From a virus: DNA of 51,961 nt. The position numbers and the translations under genes are program-made. This document shows positions 24,565 through 33,110 of this stretch, piece after piece. The stretch spans positions 1 to 51,961 of the IMG/VR virus record IMGVR_UViG_3300002035_000003, one strand, 5' to 3'. Every line of letters begins with the position of its first letter. Position 1 is the first letter of the stretch. The notes below the pieces were generated by a model, which saw nothing but the letters and a program-made list of their open reading frames with translations, was not told the origin of the DNA and did no database searches.

Positions 24565-25965
24565 ATGGCTATAGACACCCCTTCAAATTCACACATTCAC
24601 CAAGAACAAAAGCGCCAGTTACCACGAGCCTTGTATGGTGGTACAGAATCCATGCGTAATGCCAGGGAAACTTATTTGCCAAAGGAACCTGGTGAATTAT
24701 CTGGTATGTATGAGGGCAGACTAAAGCGGTCTTTTCTTAAGAACTATATTAAATCAGCAATCCAGGGGACACGAGCCAAGATATTTGCTGCACCCATTGA
24801 AGTCAACGATTACCCCAATGAAGAAATAATTGATGACGTTGATATGCAGGGTACTGACTTAACGTCTTTTGCATCGGACCTCTATACAGAAGGTTGTAAG
24901 GATGGTATGAGTTTAATCTTGGTTGATTCGCCTACACTTGAAGATGGTGCTTCCCAAGCTGATGTGATTGATAACAATGTTCGTCCCTTCTTTACTGTGA
25001 TTAAAGCTTCCCAAGTATTGGGAGTAAAAATAGTTATGGTAAAGAATGTACCGACACTATCTGATATTAGAATTAAGGAAAGCCATACAGAAGTCAGTGA
25101 GGATTATGAAGAAACTGTGTATGACCAGATTAGGCATATGCAACTGGTTGTGCTTGGTGAAGAGGGTGAAGAATACTTAGCTGTAATGGCTACTATTTAC
25201 CGTAAACTAACAGACGATGATGAATGGCAGATTGTAACTTCTGTAGCGCTGGATGTACCAAGGATACCGGTCGCTGTTTACTACACCAATCAAACTGGCC
25301 CGTATGAAGCTGAACCATTCTTTGAAGATTTAGCCTGGTTGAACTTACAACACTGGCAATCGTCTTCTGATCAAAACAACATCCTGCATTTTGTCCGTGT
25401 ACCCAGGTTTTATGGGTTTGGATTCAAACAGGAAGAGGTTGAGAAACTTGAAAAACACGGTATTGCTTCTTTCGTATACTCTACCAAGGCGCCTACTGAT
25501 GTTAAAGCCGGGTGGATTGAAGCTAAGGGCGATTCAATTAAACAAGGCCAAGACAGTATTGATAAATTGGAAGAAAGCTTAGAAGCCGCGTCACTTGAGC
25601 CTTTGGTTAGTAAAGCTACGGCAGATATTACTGCTACTAAAACTAAGACTGATGCTGCTAAGGCTAATTCAATGATTCAGTTTTGGGCCAGAAGTCTTGG
25701 TGCAGCGATTGATGATGCTTTGAATCTTGCTGATATGTTTCTTGGCCGAGAAGAGTCTAATCATTCTGTCAAAGTAAATGATGATTTTAATCTGGTCGAT
25801 GATGGTGACAAGAAAGCTAAAGAGATTCGTGAATGGCGTGGTGCTAGATTGATCAGTCATGAGACAGCATTGAATGCAGGCAAGGGGCTATCTGACTTCT
25901 TGCCTAAAGACCTTGATGTTATAGCTGAGATTGAAAAAGTACAAAACGAGATGCCTGTTGAATAA
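24565..25965 (+). CDS. portal protein
   Basis: 466 aa, immediately after TerL and before the MuF-like gene. ATG 24565 preferred over the track's GTG at 24520. Confidence 0.7.
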   Translation: MAIDTPSNSHIHQEQKRQLPRALYGGTESMRNARETYLPKEPGELSGMYEGRLKRSFLKNYIKSAIQGTRAKIFAAPIEVNDYPNEEIIDDVDMQGTDLTSFASDLYTEGCKDGMSLILVDSPTLEDGASQADVIDNNVRPFFTVIKASQVLGVKIVMVKNVPTLSDIRIKESHTEVSEDYEETVYDQIRHMQLVVLGEEGEEYLAVMATIYRKLTDDDEWQIVTSVALDVPRIPVAVYYTNQTGPYEAEPFFEDLAWLNLQHWQSSSDQNNILHFVRVPRFYGFGFKQEEVEKLEKHGIASFVYSTKAPTDVKAGWIEAKGDSIKQGQDSIDKLEESLEAASLEPLVSKATADITATKTKTDAAKANSMIQFWARSLGAAIDDALNLADMFLGREESNHSVKVNDDFNLVDDGDKKAKEIREWRGARLISHETALNAGKGLSDFLPKDLDVIAEIEKVQNEMPVE

Positions 25966-26996
25966 TGCCTAGCGTAAATGAATTTTTACAGAATGAGCGT
26001 GTTGACCGGCTTGCCACCTTAGAAGACTACAAGGAGGAAGTTATACGTGAGCTAGTTCCTATCCTGCAATCCATGGCTGATGATATACGTCAGACACTTA
26101 ATGCTCGACACTTAACTTCTCATCAAGAACGTAGGATTGTTGCTACACTAAGAGAAATAAATCGGCAACTCGCAGCTGGGTATAAGCAGCTGGGTCGAGA
26201 ACTTGGTACTGAATTGCGGGAGTTAATTAAGGCCGAGATTGGTTATTCAGCAACTTTGTTGAATGAATCTGTGGGTGTTGCTTTTGCTAATCGACCTACT
26301 ATTAATCAAATTTATGCAGCTGCTAAAGCTCAACCATTTAATGGCAAGCTACTCAGTAAGTATTACGAGGATATTCCGCGTTCTGTAGCTGATAGAATCG
26401 AAGCGCAGATAAGAATAGGCTACGGTGTCGGAGAAACGGCACAGCAAATACAAACCAGGGTACGCCCAATTTTGACGTCTGATATGGTCAATTGGACCAA
26501 GACATTAACCCGTGATGCTGTAACCCATTTTCAAATAGCAGCCAATCAAGGCGTTTACCAGCAGAATGCTAATGTTTTAAAAGGTGTCCAGTGGACGTCG
26601 ACATTAGATACTAAGACCAGTGAAATATGCAGTAGGAATGATACCAAAATATTCCCGACTGAGGAGATGGGTAGAATACCAGCGCATCATAATTGCAGGT
26701 CTGATTGGACACCAGTACTAAAAAGCTGGAAAGCTGTTGATATTAGAGTGCCTGAACAACGGCGAAACAGTATGGATGGTTTGGTACCAGATGATTTATC
26801 CTATGGGCCTTGGTTACGCAATCAAAGTGTTGCTAGACAAGAAGAACGCTTAGGTAAGTCGGCAGCTCGCCTTTTTAGAGAAGGTGAACTACCAATTGAA
26901 AAGTTTTCTACCAGGCTAGGGCGACCGTTTACGCTACAAGAGCTTAGACAAAAGAACCCTCAGACCTGGAACCAAGTATTCGGACCGGATGGTTAA
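25965..26996 (+). CDS. head morphogenesis protein (Mu F / SPP1 gp7 family)
   Basis: TSTLDTKTSEICS...IPAHHNCRSDW signature; position after the portal. Confidence 0.75.
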   Translation: MPSVNEFLQNERVDRLATLEDYKEEVIRELVPILQSMADDIRQTLNARHLTSHQERRIVATLREINRQLAAGYKQLGRELGTELRELIKAEIGYSATLLNESVGVAFANRPTINQIYAAAKAQPFNGKLLSKYYEDIPRSVADRIEAQIRIGYGVGETAQQIQTRVRPILTSDMVNWTKTLTRDAVTHFQIAANQGVYQQNANVLKGVQWTSTLDTKTSEICSRNDTKIFPTEEMGRIPAHHNCRSDWTPVLKSWKAVDIRVPEQRRNSMDGLVPDDLSYGPWLRNQSVARQEERLGKSAARLFREGELPIEKFSTRLGRPFTLQELRQKNPQTWNQVFGPDG

Positions 26997-27020
26997 TTTA
27001 ACTAGGTTTGAAATTTTAGG

Positions 27021-27050
27021 TTTACTAATTACTGTAAACAATCTTATAAT
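27021..27050 (+). promoter_or_regulatory. candidate promoter upstream of the scaffold and capsid genes
   Basis: TTTACT-N18-TATAAT. Confidence 0.35.
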
Positions 27051-27073
27051 CAACTCACTCGAAGGAGTTTAAC

Positions 27074-27820
27074 ATGGCTTTTAAAGCAATTATTGAAAAA
27101 TTAGATGATGTGCCTGAGGCATTTCAAGAACATTATAAAAAAGTAGGTGACAAGTTTCACCTGGATACTGACTTTAAGGCCCTGGGTCTTGAGGATGTAA
27201 CCAATTTAAAAGCCGGTAACGAGCGATTGAAGCGTGAGCGACAAGAGTTGCGTGACCAGTTAGAGCCCTTGAAAAAATTCAAACCTCTTTTGGATGTTGA
27301 AGATTTTGACCCATTAGAGATTGAAACCATCATGGCTGCTGCTAATGGTTCTGGTGATAAAGAAGCCATTGCCAATTTAGAGCGGAAATATGGTAAACAG
27401 ATTGATGCGTTGAAAACTGAGTTAGAAGAATCTAAAACAGTAGCAATGACAGCAGTCACTGAAAAAGATGATTTTATCATTGCCAGCAGTTTACAGTCTG
27501 CAGCAGTTAAGGCAAAGGTGCGAGCCGATAGCCTTGATGATGTAGTAACGTTGAATCGTAAATCTGTGAAGTTGATTGATGGTAAAGCCATGATGGTTGA
27601 TGCTGATGGAGACCCTACGGTAACCCCGTTAGAGTTTTTGAGCGGAGACTATAAAAAGGAAAAGCCCCAATATTATGAGTCAGATGGAACTGGCGGCACT
27701 GGGCAACTGAGCAAAGACGGAAATAACTCCGACGGCGCGGCAAAAACTTATAAGACAGATGCGTCTTTTAAAGATAAGGTTGCCGCCATGAAAGATAAAA
27801 TCGGCAAGCAGAACTCTTAA
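27074..27820 (+). CDS. scaffolding protein
   Basis: Charged, helical/coiled-coil-like sequence directly upstream of the major capsid gene. Confidence 0.6.
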   Translation: MAFKAIIEKLDDVPEAFQEHYKKVGDKFHLDTDFKALGLEDVTNLKAGNERLKRERQELRDQLEPLKKFKPLLDVEDFDPLEIETIMAAANGSGDKEAIANLERKYGKQIDALKTELEESKTVAMTAVTEKDDFIIASSLQSAAVKAKVRADSLDDVVTLNRKSVKLIDGKAMMVDADGDPTVTPLEFLSGDYKKEKPQYYESDGTGGTGQLSKDGNNSDGAAKTYKTDASFKDKVAAMKDKIGKQNS

Positions 27821-27860
27821 AAGCCAATTCTTTAATTTTATTTTTTCTGGAGACATTATT

Positions 27861-28844
27861 ATGGCTTTGTCCGATATGCAAGTCTTTGAAGAATACGCAC
27901 TAGGCACGTACAACGAAGAAGTTGGCCAATTGGTGGAGCTATTCAACGGAGCATCTCGAGGTACTTTAATCCTCATTCCTGCTGGTCACGAGGGTGACTA
28001 TTCTAGCGAGTCTTTCTGGCAAGCAATTCCCGGTTTGGTTCGTCGTCGTAATGCTTATGGTACTGGTGCGGTTCCAGCTGTTCCTCTTACTCAAGGCGTG
28101 CACACTACTGTTAAAGTTGCTGGTGGTACTCCACCTATCTCATTTACGAAGACCCAATTCCGATGGATGCAGAAAAATCCAGAAGAAGCTGGCGTTCGTA
28201 TGGGTGAGCAACTAGCCAAAGCATCCTTGCAAGATCAGTTAAACTGCGCGATTCGTGTTGGTGTTGCTGGTATGTCAGGTATTGGCGCTCCTTCTGCACC
28301 GGGTGCCGGTGATGGTGTTGTATACGATGGTACTGCCGGTAACTTGAGTCGAAGTGCTCTTACTTCTGGTGCTTTCTTGTTTGGCGATCGTCAATCAGCT
28401 ATTCGTGCCTGGATTACTTCATCTAAGCCTATGGAAGACTTGTACCAAGGTAACTTAGCTAACGCTGAGCAGTTATTCAATATTGAAACTGTTTCTGTTA
28501 CCCAGGATGGTCTTGGCCGTGTGGTTATTCATACCGATTCACCTGATCTTGTCGTGGCTGGTGCTCCTAACAACTACCATACCCTTGGTTTAGTTGAAGG
28601 TGCAATCACTATGGAAGATAACGGCACTATGGATATGAATGAAGAAACCAAAAATGGTGACGAAAACATTCAATCTACTATTCAAGCTGAGTGGGACTTC
28701 CAAGCTGGTATGAAAGGTATCAGTTGGGATAAAGGTTCTGGTGGTGCATCTCCAAACGATGCTGCCCTAGCTACTGCCGCTAACTGGGATTTGGTTGCTT
28801 CCGACATTAAGGATACTGCTGGCGTACTAGTTACTACTCTGTAA
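27861..28844 (+). CDS. major capsid protein
   Basis: 327 aa, downstream of the scaffold and followed by a strong terminator. Assigned from position and size. Confidence 0.7.
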   Translation: MALSDMQVFEEYALGTYNEEVGQLVELFNGASRGTLILIPAGHEGDYSSESFWQAIPGLVRRRNAYGTGAVPAVPLTQGVHTTVKVAGGTPPISFTKTQFRWMQKNPEEAGVRMGEQLAKASLQDQLNCAIRVGVAGMSGIGAPSAPGAGDGVVYDGTAGNLSRSALTSGAFLFGDRQSAIRAWITSSKPMEDLYQGNLANAEQLFNIETVSVTQDGLGRVVIHTDSPDLVVAGAPNNYHTLGLVEGAITMEDNGTMDMNEETKNGDENIQSTIQAEWDFQAGMKGISWDKGSGGASPNDAALATAANWDLVASDIKDTAGVLVTTL

Positions 28845-28870
28845 TTAGCCAGTAAGTTGGTCTTAAATTT

Positions 28871-28905
28871 AAAGCGGGTTCTAAATTATGAGCCCGCTTT
28901 ATTTG
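28871..28905 (+). terminator. rho-independent terminator after the capsid gene
   Basis: AAAGCGGGTTC-taaattat-GAGCCCGCTTT followed by ATTTG. Confidence 0.7.
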
Positions 28906-28937
28906 AACTTTTAATCCATAGATGAAAGAGGTAAATC

Positions 28938-29417
28938 ATGGCTAAGAATAAAATGATGTACGTAATTTACGGTGTATCAACTGAGTTGATGCGCGCTGCT
29001 AAATCAGTCGTACCTAAAACAGCACGTATGCTTTTACAAAACAGTCGCTACTTTGACCCAAAAAGTCTAGTTGCTGCTGATAAAGTTATTGTCGTCGATG
29101 ACTTCAATGCGGATGCAATCAAGAAAGCGTATCAAGAGTCTGACGCACATGCTGATGATGTAATGCTAGATGTCGATATTGAAGTTCCTGAAAAGGGGCA
29201 AGAGCCGACAGTCACGGCGCCTGAATCCGGGCGAAAAATAACTGAAGTAAAAGGCCTTGGTAAGAAAACGGCTGAAACATTAGCGGAAGCTGGTGTTGAA
29301 ACGTTGGAAGACCTAGCAGCATTGAACGATGATGTTGAAGCTAAGGCTGAAGAAACGGGTATTGAAAATCTCGCTGACTTCATTGCTAAAGCCGAAGAGC
29401 TATTAAAAGATGAGTAA
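28938..29417 (+). CDS. protein with a helix-hairpin-helix motif and an acidic C-terminus
   Basis: VKGLGKKTAETLAEAGVETLEDLAAL. Confidence 0.5.
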   Translation: MAKNKMMYVIYGVSTELMRAAKSVVPKTARMLLQNSRYFDPKSLVAADKVIVVDDFNADAIKKAYQESDAHADDVMLDVDIEVPEKGQEPTVTAPESGRKITEVKGLGKKTAETLAEAGVETLEDLAALNDDVEAKAEETGIENLADFIAKAEELLKDE

Positions 29418-29691
29418 AATTATCTTCTATCGCTCTGGTGTTTTAACAGCAGCACAAGCAGCCTTCGTCGAAGATAATTCGGCGGAGGTTCGTGATGTCT
29501 TTAGCCTGTCTGACGAGGAAAAAGATCATCAGCACATTTTCGCTAAACAAGAAGTTCCTGGTTTCAGTGATTGTGTTAACCCTTCTATGTTCTTAGAACT
29601 TTCTGCTGATAAGCCCGAAGAAACTGAGCCTACTCCAGCCCCAGAGTCTGCTAAGAAAAAGAAGTCAAAAAAAGTAAATAAGAAGGTATAA
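29410..29691 (+). CDS. hypothetical protein with a lysine-rich tail
   Basis: C-terminus SAKKKKSKKVNKKV. Confidence 0.45.
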   Translation: MSKIIFYRSGVLTAAQAAFVEDNSAEVRDVFSLSDEEKDHQHIFAKQEVPGFSDCVNPSMFLELSADKPEETEPTPAPESAKKKKSKKVNKKV

Positions 29692-29694
29692 CTC

Positions 29695-30192
29695 ATGGCA
29701 CTTGACGCAACGGTAGGTGGAGCATCAGCAAACAGCTTTGTAGATGAAGCTTTCGCCGATGCGTATTTTGCCGATCGAATAAATGCTTCTGACTGGGCAG
29801 CTATTACAACTAAACCTGCTACCTTGATATCAGCAACTGACTTTTTGAGCCAATTTGTTTACCAGGGCTACCGGGTTAACGATACCCAAGCTCTTCCACA
29901 TCCAAGAAGTGGTATGCAGAATCGTGAAAGAACTGCATACTTACCAGAAACGGATATTGCTCCTGATATTAAGACTGCTACTTGTGAGTTAGCTCTATAC
30001 TTAAATGCTAATGCTGCCAGTTTCCAAACCGAGGATACTACTACTGAGGTTAAGGTAGGCCCAATCACTATTAAGCAAGAACTTAAAACCTTTGGTGAGT
30101 ATAGTTCATTACCCCTAGCCGTACAACGATTACTAGAGCCATATTTGTCATTGAACAAGTCTGGTGGTTCTGGTAGTTTGGTAAGAGGGTAA
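29695..30192 (+). CDS. head-tail connector (gp6-like) protein
   Basis: Position and N-terminal pattern ANSFVDEAFADAYFADR. Confidence 0.45.
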   Translation: MALDATVGGASANSFVDEAFADAYFADRINASDWAAITTKPATLISATDFLSQFVYQGYRVNDTQALPHPRSGMQNRERTAYLPETDIAPDIKTATCELALYLNANAASFQTEDTTTEVKVGPITIKQELKTFGEYSSLPLAVQRLLEPYLSLNKSGGSGSLVRG

Positions 30193-30193
30193 T

Positions 30194-30568
30194 ATGACTG
30201 TAAGAGAGCAAGCCAAAGCAGCTGTAAAAACCGCTTTTAGAGCTACAGAGTCTATGTGGTTTAACTGCGACTATAAGCAATACTCATCAGACTATGAGCC
30301 TGGAGTTGAAACCCAGGAAGTAGAAGATGAATATTCTTTTTTAGCTTTTGATGTTGATTATGACAAAGAGCTCTCTGAATCTGCACCGTACCAAAAGGGT
30401 ACTAGGTTCATTGGCGCCGACTTTGACGACATTACTGGTAACTTTTTAGTTGGCTCAAGTGTAGTTATAACAGAAAAAAGTGGCAAGGTTATTAAATATA
30501 CTGTTCAGGCTATAAAGCCAGTTCAGCAAGATGTACTTTTATTAGCGAGGTTGAAACCAGGTGGCTAG
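30194..30568 (+). CDS. head-tail joining protein
   Basis: Assigned from position only. Confidence 0.35.
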   Translation: MTVREQAKAAVKTAFRATESMWFNCDYKQYSSDYEPGVETQEVEDEYSFLAFDVDYDKELSESAPYQKGTRFIGADFDDITGNFLVGSSVVITEKSGKVIKYTVQAIKPVQQDVLLLARLKPGG

Positions 30569-30878
30569 TGGGTGGAATAAACCATTATTGGATATTGTTG
30601 ACCAAGTAGACGAGGATAAGCGCCAATTAGTTGCTGCTTTAACGCTGTATGCTCAAGGCCAATTTAAAAAATTAACTCCAGTATTAACGGGCCAATTAAG
30701 AAGATCATTTACTGCGACTTTCAGTAGGAATAAATTAGCTGGTATTACTGGTTCAAATTTATCATACGCAAAACGCATTTGGGTAGATGGTCATTCTCAG
30801 AAGCTTTCGCCTATGGCAGTTGACCTGGTGATAGCTAATATGCAACAGTTACCTGTGTCACTAAAGAATAATGTCTAG
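30561..30878 (+). CDS. HK97 gp10-like neck / tail-completion protein (GTG start)
   Basis: Position; LTGQLRRSF pattern. Confidence 0.4.
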   Translation: MASGWNKPLLDIVDQVDEDKRQLVAALTLYAQGQFKKLTPVLTGQLRRSFTATFSRNKLAGITGSNLSYAKRIWVDGHSQKLSPMAVDLVIANMQQLPVSLKNNV

Positions 30879-31284
30879 TACTAATTTAACAATGGACCAA
30901 GCGCAATTAGCGATTGAGAAGCATTTTAAATTTTGCTGGAATGCCAGAACCCCTGTCAAATGGGATAATAGACCAAACCCAGAAGGTCTAGAGCAAGAAG
31001 ATTACTGGGTTGCTTTTAGTGTTGAGATGGGGGATAGTCACACTAAGTGTACTAGCGATGCTAATGAGTATAGACAAACTGGTCGTGTTATTTGCGACTT
31101 AAATTTTAAAAAGAATTCTGGTCCCCAGTTGTTTCCTAAAGTAGTTGGGTACCTGAACAGCATATTCAGAGGTAAGAATCTTTCTGGTGTGCGAATGGGT
31201 GCACCAATGGTTAGCCCAGAACTCGGGGATGATAGTTATTATCGAAAGGTAGTTTCTTATCCCTTCAATTTTGATGATAAATAG
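30871..31284 (+). CDS. tail terminator / completion protein
   Basis: Lies immediately upstream of the tail tube gene. Confidence 0.35.
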   Translation: MSSTNLTMDQAQLAIEKHFKFCWNARTPVKWDNRPNPEGLEQEDYWVAFSVEMGDSHTKCTSDANEYRQTGRVICDLNFKKNSGPQLFPKVVGYLNSIFRGKNLSGVRMGAPMVSPELGDDSYYRKVVSYPFNFDDK

Positions 31285-31294
31285 GTAATTTGAT

Positions 31295-32221
31295 ATGAGC
31301 GATAGTAACCAAGCGGAGTTGATCTACGTCAAAAACGTAGCTGACGTGATGCCTGTGGATAGCACCGCATGGCGTTCGTTTCGCATAGCTGGGGCAGATG
31401 GTCTTTCTTCTACTCCAAGCACAACCCAGTCTAATGAAACCAGGACCGACCGAAATCGTACAGACGTTATTTTGACGTCACGAGAAACCGGTGGTTCAGT
31501 ACCTGGTGAGTTTAGTGCTGATACTTATGATGAATTTTTAGAAGCGTGTTTTCAATCTGCATTTGCTGCCGGTGTCATGGTTAATGGCACTACTAAACAG
31601 TCATTCACTTTTTTACGACGATTTAATGACTTCAATACAGTCAAGCGAATTCGCTATGACAAAGTACGTGTTGATGGCTTTAACCTGGATTTTAGTTTCA
31701 GTAACATTGTTACAACCGGTCTTGCCCTTGTTGGCGCCGGTGTTGATGGTGATGCTGTTGACCCAGTTGGTACTGGTTCTGTTCAGGCTGCATATACTAC
31801 TACTGCAATGTCTGCTGTTGATATTTCCAATGTTACTTTGGGTGGTATTAGCACGGGTCTTTGTGTAGAAAGTGGTAGTTTAGCATTTACTAATAACCAT
31901 CGTCGTCGCAACTGCGTTGAAAATGGTGCTGACCCAACAGACAATACTACTGGTTCTTTTAATGCAACCGCGTCTTTACGGGTTTATAACGGTGATACAT
32001 CATTCCCGTTGCATGCCATTAAAAACGACCAGACTGCTGTTGGTTTCTCGTTTGACTTGTCAGACGGTACAACAACATACACGTTTAATATGCCTCGCTG
32101 CTTTTTATCTTTCGCAGATGCGTCAGGTCAAGGTCTAGACACCGATGTAATGCTCGATATTACATTGACTGCTACTTTTGATTCTGGTATCGGCGGAACA
32201 GTAGAAATCACTAAAGCATAA
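31295..32221 (+). CDS. major tail tube protein
   Basis: 308-aa gene directly upstream of the frameshifting chaperone pair and the tape measure. Confidence 0.65.
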   Translation: MSDSNQAELIYVKNVADVMPVDSTAWRSFRIAGADGLSSTPSTTQSNETRTDRNRTDVILTSRETGGSVPGEFSADTYDEFLEACFQSAFAAGVMVNGTTKQSFTFLRRFNDFNTVKRIRYDKVRVDGFNLDFSFSNIVTTGLALVGAGVDGDAVDPVGTGSVQAAYTTTAMSAVDISNVTLGGISTGLCVESGSLAFTNNHRRRNCVENGADPTDNTTGSFNATASLRVYNGDTSFPLHAIKNDQTAVGFSFDLSDGTTTYTFNMPRCFLSFADASGQGLDTDVMLDITLTATFDSGIGGTVEITKA

Positions 32222-32230
32222 ACCTAATTT

Positions 32231-32290
32231 GACGGCATCAGCAGCTTATGTTCCTCCTTCGCATAAGTTTGTTGTATCGCTGGTGTCGTC
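32231..32290 (+). promoter_or_regulatory. long RNA hairpin between the tube and chaperone genes
   Basis: Outer stem GACGGCATCAGC / GCTGGTGTCGTC: 12 bp, two of them G-U pairs that work only on the plus strand. Inner stem CTTATG / CATAAG. Loop TTCCTCCTTCG. Confidence 0.55.
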
Positions 32291-32325
32291 AGATATTTTA
32301 ATAGAAGGAGAGTAAGGAGAAAATC

Positions 32326-32823
32326 ATGGCTAAGAAAAAAGTTAGTAAGAAAAGTAAAGTTGATCAAGCTTTGGACGAAGTAGAAGTTACACCAGTATTA
32401 GATAATTCTGGTGTAACTGACGTCTTTAAAGTTGACCCAAAGAAACTGAAAAATGGTATCTGGGTTGATATTGAAGGCACTGGCGACAAAGAAAACGATA
32501 TTCCAGCAGATAAGATTTTGGTGGCTCATGTTGAGAACCTGAAGTTTTTGAAGTTGGTAGAAAAAGAAATTAAAAAGCGCCAGGCAGCATCTAAACTCAA
32601 TAAAAAAGAGGTTAGTCCAGTAGATAGAGCCATGATAACTCTTGAAATGGTTGCTGAGCACAGAATTTTAGATTGGGAAATTAACGGGTTTGGTGAGTAC
32701 TCCTCAGAAACAGCTTATGACATGCTGTTGCTAAGTCCGCAGTTTGACCGTTTTGTTAACCAGGTTTCTACAGATTTGACAAATTTCTATAGAGACGTTA
32801 AGGAAGCAAACGAAAAAAAGTAG
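32326..32823 (+). CDS. tail assembly chaperone (G-like)
   Basis: Position upstream of the tape measure; slippery heptamer at its 3' end. Confidence 0.7.
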   Translation: MAKKKVSKKSKVDQALDEVEVTPVLDNSGVTDVFKVDPKKLKNGIWVDIEGTGDKENDIPADKILVAHVENLKFLKLVEKEIKKRQAASKLNKKEVSPVDRAMITLEMVAEHRILDWEINGFGEYSSETAYDMLLLSPQFDRFVNQVSTDLTNFYRDVKEANEKK

Positions 32824-33110
32824 TACAGCACGTCCTTTGGTGGAAAGAAACAAAGATAGAGGCTTCTGATTTATCGTTCTTTATTGAATTACAACAGACT
32901 AAGCCTCATCTACCAAACCCACTTGAGGATTATCCGGCGCTGAGTGCTTCACAAACTGAGCTTTTAACTGCTATACAGCGGTGTAAACAACGAGGTGAAA
33001 AACTTCGTCCGTCGGAAGTGCTCAGTTATTTAGAGCTTTTTCCACAACCAGATAGGGAGACTTTTGCAAGTAGTCTCTTCGAAATTGAGAGGAAATTAGA
33101 TGCAGTTTAG
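32326..33110 (+). CDS. tail assembly chaperone -1 frameshift product (GT-like), slip at 32814-32820
   Basis: A AAA AAG in the correct phase lies just before TAG 32821. The -1 frame is open for 97 codons to TAG 33108-33110, overlapping the tape-measure start. Confidence 0.7.

Noticed and set aside
27157-27976. Long antisense ORFs opposite the scaffold gene. The same applies to 34389-35285 opposite the TMP, 29132-29383, 29868-30280, 45327-45677, 48015-48292, 49334-49621 and 51373-51816
   Set aside because: They lie fully inside much longer sense-strand genes that have motifs or clear operon context. They lack RBSs, and their low-complexity Ser/Leu-rich translations are typical of antisense frames.
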